This document shows, piece by piece, positions 1-10,568 of a DNA stretch of 64,000 bases. The notes below the pieces were generated by a model. It was not told the DNA's origin and did not search any database. It was given only the letters and a program-made list of their open reading frames with translations. Source of the stretch: Escherichia phage vB-Eco-KMB39. Numbering within the stretch: the stretch's first letter is position 1; every line of letters starts with the position of its first letter. A program made the translations under genes and the position numbers. The DNA is taken from the sequence record OR539219.1. One strand, given 5' to 3'.

Positions 1-1
1 A

Positions 2-2179
2 TTAAGCCGCAAGGGCCTTCATAGTTTTAGCGATTTGGGAAACTTCATCATCACTTAAAGAGTTGCGATAACCGATGAAGTCGGAAACAATACGGAATTT
101 CTTGGTAAACTCAGCAACCATTTTATCACTATTTTTTGAAGCATTACGTGATAATTCATCAAAAAGATTAGTTACTGTCCAGATGTCATGACCGATGGTA
201 TCTTTTCCACCATTAAAATATACACCGCGCAATGAACTAACTATATTAGCGAGTCGTGTATATTCTTCAGAAACTTCATCTGTACTGAAGTACTTCATCA
301 TAAAATCTAGTTCAGGATACTTGATAATTTTATCAATATATCGTTGAGCTGAACTTGAATAACCTACATACTTATCATAATCTACATCATCAAAAGCATC
401 TACATATAAATCACGCAAAGCTTCAAAAATACATTGGCACTGACCAAGTTCTTTTACCTTTTTCTGTAAAAGCGGACGAATAACATAAAATTCATTAATG
501 CCAATAAGATTAGCCATACGAATCAAAATATTCATAGATGGATGACAAAGTGATGTAGTACCATCCATAGAGAAAATATCAGAACGATGCATATACGCTA
601 CATAACCAGTAATTTCATCTGCTTCTGATGTAAGTGTAAACAGTTCCTCTTTTTCCCAGCGCCCGTCTTTAATTTCAAACTTAAACGCAGTAGCAGCTTT
701 AGGACGAGGAGCTTTACTTTTAACTGCCTTCGGAATATAACTTTTAACTAAAGCTTCAATTTCTGACAAATAATGAATGTTAACTTCATCACTTTCAAAC
801 ATTGCCATAATATCAGGAAGTAAATCAATCTGCGATTCTACTTCCGGATTAATAAACAGAAGACGCTCATTATGATGAATATTCAAAGTGTTATTAAATT
901 CACTATCATCTAACGCATGTGCTAATCCACGGACAATATTAACACGATTTTTAATATTATCAATAACGATATTAATTTTTGTTGCATTAATACCAAACAG
1001 ACGATAACTTGATGCAACGGCTGAAGTTTCATGACTTTGCTTAATGCGCTTCAGTCGAGGGTCAAGATTTACTTCATACACAACTCCTGCATTGCATAAC
1101 TTACTATCAGGTTCAAACATGCTTTGCATCTTCTTATATGACAGATTTTTAGTCGTAAATTTGACTGAATTACTAATCATATAATCTCGAGCAGAATACC
1201 CCATCTTCATCAATTCACGATATGTATGACGGGGAGATGTGGATTCTTTAAATCGTTTTACATCTTCATTAAATGCTTTCTCACTGAGTTCTTTAACTCG
1301 TTCAATAATATTTTTACGAGTACGATCATCCAGTGAAAGAGCCTCGCGAGATGGAGCAATATCAAGTGAACCCATTGGAAACTTAATGTAATTCACTTCA
1401 TTGCGAATGCTTAGCCAGTTACGGTCTCTAATAACACCATCGATAGGATAAACAATACCGCCATAGATAGCATATAATCCACCACGATCTGGCCAGTATC
1501 TTTCTGGATTTACGCCATAATAATCATCAAAATCCGGAAAATAATCAATTTCGCGGTCAAGACCATTAATGATAGCCAAATCTTTGAACGGTCGCATGAT
1601 ATAAGAAACTTCATAAGCAAAGTTTCTAAAGTCTTTTTCTTCAACTGGAACTACGATTTCAATACCAGTTTTATCATCTGGACCCATTTCTTTCACGAAT
1701 GTAGGTTTAATTTGTGGACCATCGCCATCCATGTAAGCTACATAACCACGAATTTCACCTTTATGATACGAAGTAATACTAAATGTATCAGTATAACTAA
1801 ACGGAGATTTAGAACCTAAACCAAATCCGCCAATGAAATCGTTAGATTCAGCCTTAGATGAACTGAAGTATGAATTATACAAACCAGGAGAATTATCATC
1901 ACCCTGAATATCAAAATCACTCATACCCGGACCAAAATCTCGGCAAACAAATCGTGGATCTAAACGTCCAGGAACTTGAATGATAAATTTTTCAGGATTT
2001 CCATTGAGAGCATGGGCATCAATCATGTTGGTAATCAATTCACGAACAACTGCGCGAATTTTGTTTGTATACAAATCAGATGACAGAATTTTAAATACTT
2101 TAGGAGATGCTGTGATGCTAAATGCTTTTGATTTAGAACCATTACCAAGAATTGTTTCTTTTTCAGTGGTGATAATCAT
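2..2179 (-). CDS. rIIA: rIIA membrane-associated protein (725 aa, N-terminal HATPase-like fold)
   Basis: 725 aa equals T4 rIIA length; first gene of the T4 map; stop codon tta at 2-4. Confidence 0.85.
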   Translation of the reverse strand: MIITTEKETILGNGSKSKAFSITASPKVFKILSSDLYTNKIRAVVRELITNMIDAHALNGNPEKFIIQVPGRLDPRFVCRDFGPGMSDFDIQGDDNSPGLYNSYFSSSKAESNDFIGGFGLGSKSPFSYTDTFSITSYHKGEIRGYVAYMDGDGPQIKPTFVKEMGPDDKTGIEIVVPVEEKDFRNFAYEVSYIMRPFKDLAIINGLDREIDYFPDFDDYYGVNPERYWPDRGGLYAIYGGIVYPIDGVIRDRNWLSIRNEVNYIKFPMGSLDIAPSREALSLDDRTRKNIIERVKELSEKAFNEDVKRFKESTSPRHTYRELMKMGYSARDYMISNSVKFTTKNLSYKKMQSMFEPDSKLCNAGVVYEVNLDPRLKRIKQSHETSAVASSYRLFGINATKINIVIDNIKNRVNIVRGLAHALDDSEFNNTLNIHHNERLLFINPEVESQIDLLPDIMAMFESDEVNIHYLSEIEALVKSYIPKAVKSKAPRPKAATAFKFEIKDGRWEKEELFTLTSEADEITGYVAYMHRSDIFSMDGTTSLCHPSMNILIRMANLIGINEFYVIRPLLQKKVKELGQCQCIFEALRDLYVDAFDDVDYDKYVGYSSSAQRYIDKIIKYPELDFMMKYFSTDEVSEEYTRLANIVSSLRGVYFNGGKDTIGHDIWTVTNLFDELSRNASKNSDKMVAEFTKKFRIVSDFIGYRNSLSDDEVSQIAKTMKALAA

Positions 2180-2189
2180 AATTTCCTCA

Positions 2190-2393
2190 TTAATTCATAT
2201 TACGCTTAATAACTTCAGCAACTTCTAGTAGTTCATCTTTAGTTGCAGTGTCGGATTGAATTTTATCTCTAATATCTTTAAAGCGGTTTTTAAATTCTTC
2301 GGCTTCTCCCATATCGAAAAAGCGTTGAATGATTCTATATTCTCGATGAACTGCTTTATCAAAAAGTTCTAAATTTACTTTATATGATTTCAT
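2190..2393 (-). CDS. small protein upstream of rIIA (rIIA.1 position)
   Basis: 67 aa ORF between early promoter and rIIA; synteny only. Confidence 0.45.
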   Translation of the reverse strand: MKSYKVNLELFDKAVHREYRIIQRFFDMGEAEEFKNRFKDIRDKIQSDTATKDELLEVAEVIKRNMN

Positions 2394-2418
2394 TCCAATA
2401 TCCTCATTTGCCCAATTA

Positions 2419-2448
2419 ATTATACCACATCCTTGTGGTAAAGTAAAC
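2419..2448 (-). promoter_or_regulatory. T4-type early promoter upstream of rIIA.1/rIIA
   Basis: minus strand GTTTAC - 17/18 nt - tggTATAAT; approximate coordinates. Confidence 0.6.
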
Positions 2449-4268
2449 TACTGGCTCATCCATTCTTTGCGAAGGTCAGCATTATCTCCCATGAGCATTT
2501 CAAAAAGCTCTTTCCAGTTCTCAGGAAGTTTAACAACATCATATACTGGATTTTGAATCATCTCACGATATTCAGATTTTTCCAAAGAGCCAAGTCCTTT
2601 AATATAACGGATGCTATGTTTAGGTAGAGCATCTTTGGCACTCTCATATTCAGCGACTGTATAAAACCATTCTTGTTTTTTACCGACCTGAGCGATGATT
2701 ACAGGAGTTTTGACAAAGCGAATTCTTCCTTGTTCAAACAGTTCTGGCCAATTACTAAAAAATCCGAGCAGAGAAGGATAAATGCTTCCTAGACCATCAT
2801 GGTCAGCATCAGTCATAATAGCAATATTATGATAATTCAAGTTTTCGGCTTTTTCACCAAGAACTAATCCAGTGATTGCGCAAATATCAAACAGCTCTTT
2901 GTTTTTAAGCATATCAGCATATGACATACCCCAGCTGTTAAGAACTTTACCACGCAATGGATAACCGCCATGAAGTTCTTTATCACGAACATCAATAAGA
3001 TATCCGATAGCAGAATCACCCTCAGTCAAGAAAAGAGTAGTGTCAGCATCTTTACCGCAAAGATTCGCTTTAATATGTTTGTGAACCTTAGCTTTAGAGG
3101 CCTTTTTAGCTGCTTTAGTTTCTGCTGCTTTTTCTGCCGCCAATTTACGAGCCAAAGCAGCTTCAATGATTGGCATTAAAATTGCTTCATTATTCAAAAT
3201 AGCACGTGAAATCTTTTTAGCATCAAGCTGAATATGACTACGGATTTCACCAAATGGAGAAGTCAGACGCTCTTTAGTTTGAGAATCAAATCGCATGTTT
3301 TTCATATCACGAACAAACATAACAATAGTCAAACATTCTTTAACACGTGCTTTAGTTACATCAATTTTGAATTTACGCTTGATTTGCGGAATAAGGTCTT
3401 CACAAATATCATCCATAACACAGTCAATGTGATGGCCACCATTCTTAGTATGAATGTTATTGACGTATGTTAATTGACGAAAACCATCCGGTGAACGACC
3501 AACCGCAATAGAACAATTTTCTTGTTCTTGAACAATAGCATGTTCATCATATTGGCGTGCATATTTCTTAAAATTACCCTGAACCTTTTTACCATTAAAG
3601 GTAAATTGAATATCAGGATAAACTACCGCAAGTGTCTGGAGACGATCTAGTGTAATGTCAAGATAAACTTGAGATAGCTCATTAGTTTCAAATGACATAA
3701 AATCAGGAATGAAAGTAACGCGAGTTCCTTTCCATTTTCCAGGAATATCTTCCCACGATTTATTTTCCATGCCATTCGAGCAGCGAACTACAATATTATT
3801 TTGACCGTCGCCAGTTTCACCGACAAACATCACAGAAAAAATGTTAGTTAAACTAGAACCAACACCATTCATACCACCGGTGACACGTTCTTTATCATCA
3901 CCAAAGTTACCACCCGCTTTTGGAATAGTCCAAGCAGCAACTGGACCAGGAATTTCTTCACCGGTAGGTGTTTTAACCATCGCTTGTGGAATACCACGAC
4001 CGTTATCTTCAACTGTTACTTGATTGTTTTTGATAGTAACATTAATTTTATTTGCGAATTTAAACTTAGTACGAATACCTTCATCTACTGAGTTATCGAT
4101 AATTTCATCAATAAGCTTAACAAGACCAGGTACATACTGAACACTTTCCCATTTACCAAACAGAAAGCGCTCATGCATTTCATTAGCAGAAGAGCCAATA
4201 TACATGCCGCTACGCTTTTTGATATGTTCAATATCGCTCAGAATTTTAATTTCATTCTTAATCATCAC
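2448..4268 (-). CDS. 39: DNA topoisomerase II large (ATPase, GyrB-like) subunit, uninterrupted form
   Basis: 606 aa with GHKL ATPase motifs (EDNGRGIP, GGMNGVGSS); single ORF, T2-like fused 39+60 arrangement. Confidence 0.9.
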   Translation of the reverse strand: MMIKNEIKILSDIEHIKKRSGMYIGSSANEMHERFLFGKWESVQYVPGLVKLIDEIIDNSVDEGIRTKFKFANKINVTIKNNQVTVEDNGRGIPQAMVKTPTGEEIPGPVAAWTIPKAGGNFGDDKERVTGGMNGVGSSLTNIFSVMFVGETGDGQNNIVVRCSNGMENKSWEDIPGKWKGTRVTFIPDFMSFETNELSQVYLDITLDRLQTLAVVYPDIQFTFNGKKVQGNFKKYARQYDEHAIVQEQENCSIAVGRSPDGFRQLTYVNNIHTKNGGHHIDCVMDDICEDLIPQIKRKFKIDVTKARVKECLTIVMFVRDMKNMRFDSQTKERLTSPFGEIRSHIQLDAKKISRAILNNEAILMPIIEAALARKLAAEKAAETKAAKKASKAKVHKHIKANLCGKDADTTLFLTEGDSAIGYLIDVRDKELHGGYPLRGKVLNSWGMSYADMLKNKELFDICAITGLVLGEKAENLNYHNIAIMTDADHDGLGSIYPSLLGFFSNWPELFEQGRIRFVKTPVIIAQVGKKQEWFYTVAEYESAKDALPKHSIRYIKGLGSLEKSEYREMIQNPVYDVVKLPENWKELFEMLMGDNADLRKEWMSQ

Positions 4269-4308
4269 TTATCCTCGTTTGGTTTCGGGAATATTATACT
4301 CCGGTAAT

Positions 4309-4326
4309 CATAAAGCTAAAGGCCCG
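4309..4326 (-). terminator. UUCG-tetraloop hairpin between 39.1-position gene and gene 39
   Basis: minus strand GGCC-UUCG-GGCC stem-loop then UUUAGCUUU. Confidence 0.4.
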
Positions 4327-4334
4327 AAGGCCTT

Positions 4335-4607
4335 TTATTTAAAACGAATAGTTGAATCCTTAAAGAACAGCCCAGAACATACTGTTCCTTCTACTTTCTG
4401 CCCAGTAGATCCAACAGCACGAAATCCAGTATGTTGGAAATCATTTTCAGAGCAACCGAACCAGTTATATCCAGTGATTTCAATATTCGTAAAACCACTT
4501 GATGATAAAATTTTAGTTGCATTATCAGCATCAGTGCATCCTACTAAAGATACTGCTAATACTAATGCTGCGATAGAACGATTAACATATTTCATAATTT
4601 CACTCAA
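4335..4607 (-). CDS. putative lipoprotein (39.1 position)
   Basis: 90 aa; signal peptide with lipobox LVGC near N-terminus. Confidence 0.45.
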   Translation of the reverse strand: MSEIMKYVNRSIAALVLAVSLVGCTDADNATKILSSSGFTNIEITGYNWFGCSENDFQHTGFRAVGSTGQKVEGTVCSGLFFKDSTIRFK

Positions 4608-4971
4608 ATTTAATGGCTTGAAGGAGACTAATAATTCTCAAGCGACTTCTTTCATCTTTAACTGTAAAAGAAAGAGGATCGCCGGATTTCATAGTAATAG
4701 TACATTCAAAATTAAAATCTTCGGAAACTTCTTTGAAGAAGTCAAATTCTTCATCATAAATTAGAACATTACTCTGACAACTATGAAGAATTTTTCCATC
4801 ATTTCCAGATGCTGTACTAATCATTGTAACATTATGACCTTTCATATCTTCAACGATAAATTCGCTAGTCAATATTACAGCATTAATAGAACTATTCCTA
4901 TTACTAGCAGAAAGTAGATATTTCTGTTCTTCACCTTCGCGAATACGATATTTCTTACCGATTTTAAACAT
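4600..4971 (-). CDS. hypothetical protein (39.2 position)
   Basis: 123 aa ORF, tightly packed with neighbours. Confidence 0.4.
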   Translation of the reverse strand: MFKIGKKYRIREGEEQKYLLSASNRNSSINAVILTSEFIVEDMKGHNVTMISTASGNDGKILHSCQSNVLIYDEEFDFFKEVSEDFNFECTITMKSGDPLSFTVKDERSRLRIISLLQAIKFE

Positions 4972-4973
4972 AA

Positions 4974-5150
4974 TTACCCTTTAAGTAAGTCGTAAAAACC
5001 ACCATTTACATGCTTAGGAGCAGAAGGCCGACGAGTAGACAAACGATGACATTTAGGGCAAACATCATTTTCTCGTTCAGAAATCTTTTTAATTTTTTCA
5101 TATTCATGCCAGCAATCTTCGGATTGGCATTTATAATCATACATTGGCAT
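4974..5150 (-). CDS. small zinc-ribbon protein (two CxxC pairs)
   Basis: 58 aa ORF read by eye (MPMYDYKCQSEDCWHEY...CPKCHRL), below the 60 aa track cutoff; fills gap between flanking genes. Confidence 0.4.
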   Translation of the reverse strand: MPMYDYKCQSEDCWHEYEKIKKISERENDVCPKCHRLSTRRPSAPKHVNGGFYDLLKG

Positions 5151-5152
5151 AA

Positions 5153-5572
5153 TTATTCCTTAAAGTGTGCTTTCAACATCTGATACAAGGACCATGCCTG
5201 TTCATTATTTTCAATAGTAACTTTCATGACTGGGAATTCTGTGAAATCTTCTATTTGTTCTTGCTCTTCCTGCTCTTGTTCTTCAGCTGCCTGGTATGGA
5301 TTTTCCACTTCATCAAAGAACTCAGCTTCGTTAGTAGAGAGCCAGATAAAGTTTTCGTCAAGGATATCACCATGTGTTGCATATCCAACTGTGCCAGTAG
5401 ATGTCACAATTTTAGTAGGACGACCAAGATGGTCAACATCTAAAATTTTAAAAGGTTCCATACCTAAACGTCGTGCATAGATTCCGTTCTCAGTATGGTC
5501 TTTAATAAAATTTTCTTGAGCCTGTTTATTTTTAAATTGATACCATTTATTAACTTCAAATCTAATAGCCAT
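5153..5572 (-). CDS. hypothetical acidic protein (goF position in T4)
   Basis: 139 aa, E/Q-rich acidic stretch; synteny only. Confidence 0.4.
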   Translation of the reverse strand: MAIRFEVNKWYQFKNKQAQENFIKDHTENGIYARRLGMEPFKILDVDHLGRPTKIVTSTGTVGYATHGDILDENFIWLSTNEAEFFDEVENPYQAAEEQEQEEQEQIEDFTEFPVMKVTIENNEQAWSLYQMLKAHFKE

Positions 5573-5787
5573 TAATAAATTTCCTTCCAGTAAGTTGTGC
5601 CATCTTCAGTAATTTCACGAAATACACCGTAAATTGGTTGTTTATCACCAACCTTTTCATACACATAAACCGAAGTCAAGTGAGTAAACTTAACAGTATG
5701 TTCCTTTTGAACTACTACCAAATCTGGATTGAATAATACATCTTCAAATTCGTCATTAGTGCAATTCTGAACAATTTTACGTTTCAT
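5572..5787 (-). CDS. hypothetical protein (cef position in T4)
   Basis: 71 aa; start overlaps stop of upstream gene. Confidence 0.35.
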   Translation of the reverse strand: MKRKIVQNCTNDEFEDVLFNPDLVVVQKEHTVKFTHLTSVYVYEKVGDKQPIYGVFREITEDGTTYWKEIY

Positions 5788-5800
5788 TACAATTTCCTCA

Positions 5801-6082
5801 TTAATTGAACAGTGGAGAGATGCGTTTCAGAAGAGTAGCAGCACCTTTAGCGAATTTTACATCATGAAAAACAGTTTCTTCTTCCGTTACAACACGAGCT
5901 TTAATGTTTTCACAATCCCAATTTTTGCGAACAATCTTCAAAAGCTGCAGTAAATCTTTACATTCAGCAATATCGATAACACATCCACGAGAATCTTCCA
6001 TTATCGCACGATAACCGTAAGCCATACCATAATCATTGAAAGATTGCTCGATGATAATTAAATTTTCCATTTTATTCTCCAA
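5801..6082 (-). CDS. hypothetical protein
   Basis: 93 aa ORF directly downstream of promoter-leader cassette copy R1. Confidence 0.4.
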   Translation of the reverse strand: MENKMENLIIIEQSFNDYGMAYGYRAIMEDSRGCVIDIAECKDLLQLLKIVRKNWDCENIKARVVTEEETVFHDVKFAKGAATLLKRISPLFN

Positions 6083-6094
6083 GTTGTTTTCTGT

Positions 6095-6160
6095 ATCAGT
6101 AGTTGATATTGATATAGTACCATAATCAACTACTGATGTATATAGTTTTATGAAAAAATT
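6095..6160 (-). promoter_or_regulatory. promoter-leader cassette copy R1 (weaker -35)
   Basis: minus strand tggTACTATatcaatatcaactactgatacag...ggagaataaaATG; shares leader with R2-R5. Confidence 0.4.
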
Positions 6161-6167
6161 TTAAACT

Positions 6168-6659
6168 TTATGCATAGCGAGCTTTGCTATAGTGTTTAAT
6201 CCAACTTTCAGGAATGACTTTGTATGTTCCTAAAAATACCGCGTTGTATAACTTAACGCCATCTTCTACCCATTGATCAGTAATGTATGCACACATAGCG
6301 CGAGTACGGTTAACAACACCTTCCTCACCTTCAGTAAATTCAAACTCATAAGGAGCAACGAACTTAATAGCCTGACCGAGTTTCCACTTAAAGTCTACAC
6401 CTACATGCGAAGTATCAATCGTTTCAATTCCTTTAGCAGGAACAGCTTTCAAAAACGCAGACTCAAGAAATTTCGCACGAACATAGCCAAACTGAGGTTT
6501 AGACTTTCCATCTTTAGGAATGATACGCACTTTTACTTCAGAATCTTCATCTTTAACACCATGTTTAAGCTGAATGCTTACAATTTCGACCAATTTTCCT
6601 GCTGCTTTAGAACGTGATTTATCAGATACACGAGCAATTTCACCAATATTAATAATCAT
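6168..6659 (-). CDS. motB: MotB-like protein
   Basis: 163 aa (T4 MotB is about 162 aa); position before dexA; two early promoters upstream. Confidence 0.5.
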   Translation of the reverse strand: MIINIGEIARVSDKSRSKAAGKLVEIVSIQLKHGVKDEDSEVKVRIIPKDGKSKPQFGYVRAKFLESAFLKAVPAKGIETIDTSHVGVDFKWKLGQAIKFVAPYEFEFTEGEEGVVNRTRAMCAYITDQWVEDGVKLYNAVFLGTYKVIPESWIKHYSKARYA

Positions 6660-6703
6660 AGTTATCTCTCACTTGTTAAAAAGATTTTATACTCCACAGG
6701 ACC

Positions 6704-6733
6704 ATTATACTCTGGTCCCAAGAGTTTGTAAAC
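6704..6733 (-). promoter_or_regulatory. early promoter upstream of motB
   Basis: minus strand GTTTACA - 17 - TATAAT. Confidence 0.55.
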
Positions 6734-6856
6734 TATTAATTCAAAATAGCTACCACTGCACTACGAGGTACTACGCTAAAATCACCTGCATGAACAACGT
6801 TCAGGAAGTTCAACACGATAAATTTTCATTTTATTATCCTCAGTAGCTATGGTGTT

Positions 6857-6886
6857 ATAATACCATAACTAACCGAGGAAGTAAAC
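6857..6886 (-). promoter_or_regulatory. early promoter downstream of dexA
   Basis: minus strand GTTTACT - 17 - tggTATTAT. Confidence 0.5.
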
Positions 6887-6892
6887 AACTTT

Positions 6893-7576
6893 TTATCGTT
6901 TTGTTGGAAGGGATAGAGGATCGCAATCTTCCTCTGACGGAGCATCTTCAAGACCCATAGCATATCGCAAAGCATACTTCATCATCAGGATGTCTTTCGC
7001 ACAGTCATGAATAGAATCATGTGCAACGAATCCATCTAAAGTTCCCTTTGGAAGAGGACACGTGGTCATATCACGAACAAGGAGAAGTGCTTCAATTCTG
7101 GTACGAATATCACGCTGATTCCAGAATTTACATGGTTCTAACTTAAATGTATCAAGCTCATTCTCAGAAACGCCATTAAGACGTTGAATATCGCGAATGA
7201 GATCGACTAAAATTGGAAAATCAAATGACATTCCACGGCACCAGCCTTGAGATTTCCAAGGATCGATGTTATGTGCATTGATGTAATCATTAAATTTTGC
7301 AATACCATCGATAGTGCTTACATCTTCATCTGATGGCGCAATATTTTTTCGAGCTTCAGGAGACTGATTTTTCCACCATTCGATAGTGCTTTTAGTAAAA
7401 AGACGATGTCCTTTTTGGCTTTTTAAATCAAACTTGATTTTAATGCCGCGTGAAACTAATTCATCAAAGGATTCAACTACTTCTGGGTTAGGGTCAAAGG
7501 CAATAACAGCTAAGTCAATAACAGCTGCTTTTTCACCGCTTCCCATTGTTTCAAAATCTATAATAAAATCAAACAT
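6893..7576 (-). CDS. dexA: exonuclease A (DnaQ-like 3'-5' exonuclease)
   Basis: 227 aa equals T4 DexA; N-terminal FDFETMG exonuclease motif. Confidence 0.8.
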   Translation of the reverse strand: MFDFIIDFETMGSGEKAAVIDLAVIAFDPNPEVVESFDELVSRGIKIKFDLKSQKGHRLFTKSTIEWWKNQSPEARKNIAPSDEDVSTIDGIAKFNDYINAHNIDPWKSQGWCRGMSFDFPILVDLIRDIQRLNGVSENELDTFKLEPCKFWNQRDIRTRIEALLLVRDMTTCPLPKGTLDGFVAHDSIHDCAKDILMMKYALRYAMGLEDAPSEEDCDPLSLPTKR

Positions 7577-7851
7577 TAAATTTTCCTCGCTAAATCGCGA
7601 ATTTGACCTACAGTATAATCTTGGATATAAACTTTATTAATGGGCTCATCAATAAATTTTGCCATAGATTCAATATCTTTTTGTATCTCTTCAAGACTGT
7701 ATACTATCTTTAAAGCTTTTTCGCGAATAGTAACATTATCAGGTCCTGAATTTTCTTGAATGACAGCTTTAACATTTGTCATAAGAGATTTAAACTGCTG
7801 CAAACTTAATTCAATCATTAATAACCGCCTTATAAAGATGGCTAATTTCAC
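7576..7851 (-). CDS. hypothetical protein (dexA.1 position)
   Basis: 91 aa ORF. Confidence 0.4.
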   Translation of the reverse strand: MKLAIFIRRLLMIELSLQQFKSLMTNVKAVIQENSGPDNVTIREKALKIVYSLEEIQKDIESMAKFIDEPINKVYIQDYTVGQIRDLARKI

Positions 7852-8071
7852 CTAAAACATAATCACTGATTGTAACAGTTTTCACTTCACCGCAAAAGAA
7901 TTCTAACGCAATCAAATCTCGTTCAATTTCTTCCAATTGAAGCATTAACTTACCTGATTCAATTTTTACATTTTTGCGATTTTTACTATAAGCTATTTCA
8001 TAAATTTCGCTCACTTTATCTTGAAGCAGATAAAACTGGTCTTTAGTTATTTCCACGAATAGCTTCCTCAA
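7811..8071 (-). CDS. hypothetical protein (dexA.2 position)
   Basis: 86 aa ORF. Confidence 0.4.
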   Translation of the reverse strand: MRKLFVEITKDQFYLLQDKVSEIYEIAYSKNRKNVKIESGKLMLQLEEIERDLIALEFFCGEVKTVTISDYVLGEISHLYKAVIND

Positions 8072-8077
8072 ATTTAA

Positions 8078-9397
8078 TCATACATAAAACACATCATAAC
8101 GACCACGAGTGACACCAACATAAAGAAGCTGCTGAGCTAGTTCAGCATCTGCATAATGGATACAAGGCGTATAAATAAAAGCACGGTCTACAGACATGCC
8201 CTGAGCTTTGTGGAATGTTGATGCAGGAAGTGCTTTCACTTTACTAAACTGTGATTTAGCATCCCAAAAATCGCTCCACGGAGCTTTTCCGCCTTTGTTC
8301 CAATTTTTATAAGTTTCTGCTGTTTTACCTAAAAATAGGTTAAACTTATACAATTCTTCATCAGATGAAATTATTTTAATCTTTTCACGATAATATTCAT
8401 CATCGCCATAAGTTTCTACTGTTAAATCCCAATGACGAATTAGATATTCTCCAGAAACACCACGAGCTTTAACAAATGTTGATGTATACTCTGCTTCTAT
8501 AATACGAACTAATTGTCCGTTATTAAAAATAATTTCTGACACAGGCTTTCCATCAATTTTATATGTTTTAATTAATGGTTCCTGCATTACAATAATTTCA
8601 CCGACAATAAAATCTTTATCAGTTTCAAAAATCTTTTTGCGAATAATGCTATTTAACTTGTCAACAGATTTATTCGTAAATGCCATTACACGATTTTCAA
8701 ACAAATCATCTAGTGATTTTACGATTGAAAAATAATTTACCATAAAATCGCGTAAAGCGGTATCACCAGTAAATCCACGTACTCCGTGTCCGTCAACAAT
8801 TTTATCATAAATCCACTTACCATTACGAACATCAGTAGCTACATCAATAATAGGAGCATTACTGCGTTTAACTTCAGTGAGTTCACACTGATAAAAATCT
8901 TTGTGCGTAAAGAACGGACTGATATAAGCAGTGTTTTCTCCTGGGTCAACAGGTCTAATTTGCTTATTATCGCCTATTCCAATTATAGTACACCACGGCG
9001 GGATAGTTGAAAGCAGAATTTTAAATAGCTTTCTATCATACATTGATACTTCGTCGCAGATTAATACTCTGCATTTAGCTAAATCCGGTACTTCTTTTTG
9101 CTCAAAAAGAACGTTTTCTTCGTATGTTACTGGGTTAATTTTAAGAATACTGTGAATAGTACTCGCTTCTTTCCCTGACAGTTTTGAAAGAATCTTTTTA
9201 GCTGCATGTGTAGGAGCTGCTAAAATAATGCCAGTTTCGCCTGTAGATATTAAGGCTTCAATGATGAACTTAGTAAGAGTAGTCTTACCAGTACCAGCAG
9301 GTCCATTAATAGTTACATGATGTTTCTTTTCTTTAATAGCCCTCATAACGATGTTAAAGGCATTTTTCTGGCCTTCTGTCAAATCATCAAATGTCAT
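8078..9397 (-). CDS. dda: Dda DNA helicase (SF1B)
   Basis: 439 aa equals T4 Dda; Walker A GPAGTGKTT. Confidence 0.9.
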   Translation of the reverse strand: MTFDDLTEGQKNAFNIVMRAIKEKKHHVTINGPAGTGKTTLTKFIIEALISTGETGIILAAPTHAAKKILSKLSGKEASTIHSILKINPVTYEENVLFEQKEVPDLAKCRVLICDEVSMYDRKLFKILLSTIPPWCTIIGIGDNKQIRPVDPGENTAYISPFFTHKDFYQCELTEVKRSNAPIIDVATDVRNGKWIYDKIVDGHGVRGFTGDTALRDFMVNYFSIVKSLDDLFENRVMAFTNKSVDKLNSIIRKKIFETDKDFIVGEIIVMQEPLIKTYKIDGKPVSEIIFNNGQLVRIIEAEYTSTFVKARGVSGEYLIRHWDLTVETYGDDEYYREKIKIISSDEELYKFNLFLGKTAETYKNWNKGGKAPWSDFWDAKSQFSKVKALPASTFHKAQGMSVDRAFIYTPCIHYADAELAQQLLYVGVTRGRYDVFYV

Positions 9398-9705
9398 CGT
9401 AAATTCCCTGCAATTGGTATACTAACAATACGCCCAGTATCTAAAATTCGCCGATATAATCTTTGTGTGTCTACATCAGGCTTAACATGTTTAACTTCTA
9501 TTTTATTAAACCAAAACTTGCGTGGAGTCTCAACTAATCTCGGAATTCCCATACCTAAAGCTAGTCGATACTGCTCTTTAAGAGTTGTAAAAACTTTATC
9601 GGCAATCTCCCTTTCAAAAAATACAGCAGGACGATGTTCATCAAGAGGAACAGGCACCGCAAATCCATCTTTATCTCTATACACTATCGCATATACATAA
9701 AACAT
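9394..9705 (-). CDS. hypothetical protein (dda.1 position)
   Basis: 103 aa ORF. Confidence 0.4.
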   Translation of the reverse strand: MFYVYAIVYRDKDGFAVPVPLDEHRPAVFFEREIADKVFTTLKEQYRLALGMGIPRLVETPRKFWFNKIEVKHVKPDVDTQRLYRRILDTGRIVSIPIAGNLR

Positions 9706-9706
9706 A

Positions 9707-10453
9707 TTATCCTCGGATAAGTTTAAAAATTGAACAATTTAGCGGGTATCCTCTTTTCAGTTTAAGTTTATCAATAAAAGACAAGTTTTGATACCGCTCT
9801 ACACCTTGAATAATTTTATCACACATATCATATTGCATTTCTGCTTCTGACAACTTTTTCACAGTTTTCCAATCCGAGCCTTTAAGAAGAACGTTCAATT
9901 TAACAACTTCAGCGCCTTCTGCTATACGAGAACCATCAATACGAGCTTTGAGTGCTATAATCGTTAGCTTAACGTCAGAAGTTTGTTTTGATTTAGAAAG
10001 CTGAGAAATGTGCTCAATTCGGTTTTCACGTTTTTTCTGTATAGCTTTAATTTGATTATAAGTCTTTTTGATTTTAGCCCATTTCTTTTCATCTAAATTT
10101 AGTTTATGAACTTTTTTCGCAGATGAACGACCAATTCGCAAAGCAAATAAATCACGCTTTTCAATCAGCTCTTCTAAAGTATAATCAGAACGAAATGTAT
10201 TATACTTTTTCTTTACTGCAATAACATTCCCTTTAATGTATCCAACGTTATTATCAAAACGTTCTAACGATAATTTCTCTCCTTCAATACGATTATCAAA
10301 AGGTTCTCCTGAGTAAGCGCAAACTTTCTGATCTAAAATGTTCTTAATGTAATTGAAGTCTAAGTTAAAATCTTTAGAACGTCTTTTAGCTGATGCCTGA
10401 GTGTGCTCTAAACGACGTGTAATTTTACGAATTTGATTTTTAGACAGTTTCAT
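9707..10453 (-). CDS. basic protein at the srd position with HNH/His-Me-finger-like motif
   Basis: 248 aa; motif CAYSGEPF...LSLERFDNNVGYIKGNVIAV; early promoter upstream; Srd assignment from synteny and size only. Confidence 0.45.
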   Translation of the reverse strand: MKLSKNQIRKITRRLEHTQASAKRRSKDFNLDFNYIKNILDQKVCAYSGEPFDNRIEGEKLSLERFDNNVGYIKGNVIAVKKKYNTFRSDYTLEELIEKRDLFALRIGRSSAKKVHKLNLDEKKWAKIKKTYNQIKAIQKKRENRIEHISQLSKSKQTSDVKLTIIALKARIDGSRIAEGAEVVKLNVLLKGSDWKTVKKLSEAEMQYDMCDKIIQGVERYQNLSFIDKLKLKRGYPLNCSIFKLIRG

Positions 10454-10483
10454 ATTTTTCTCACGGACGGTTAACTACTTATA

Positions 10484-10512
10484 CTATATCATTTTTACTT
10501 CAGCTTGTAAAC
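10484..10512 (-). promoter_or_regulatory. early promoter upstream of srd-position gene
   Basis: minus strand GTTTACA - 17 - TATAGT. Confidence 0.5.
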
Positions 10513-10568
10513 AACTTTATGAAAAATGCTTTAAAACTTTCATGGTATAATGAATCTAAGTCCTTCCA

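Noticed and set aside
2394-2447. Gene 60 with 50-nt translational bypass element
   Set aside because: Looked for a split topoisomerase gene and the bypass hairpin; the subunit is one continuous ORF and the interval contains only an early promoter.
4204-4764. 186-aa plus-strand ORF, and most other plus-strand track ORFs (e.g. 1980-2228, 2970-3179, 24679-25047, 28327-28743, 31453-31836, 43855-44184, 61450-61713)
   Set aside because: They lie antisense to well-supported minus-strand genes in AT-rich DNA, have no promoter or ribosome-binding site, and encode low-complexity sequence. Only 14900-15100 and 29702-30418 were kept as plus-strand genes.
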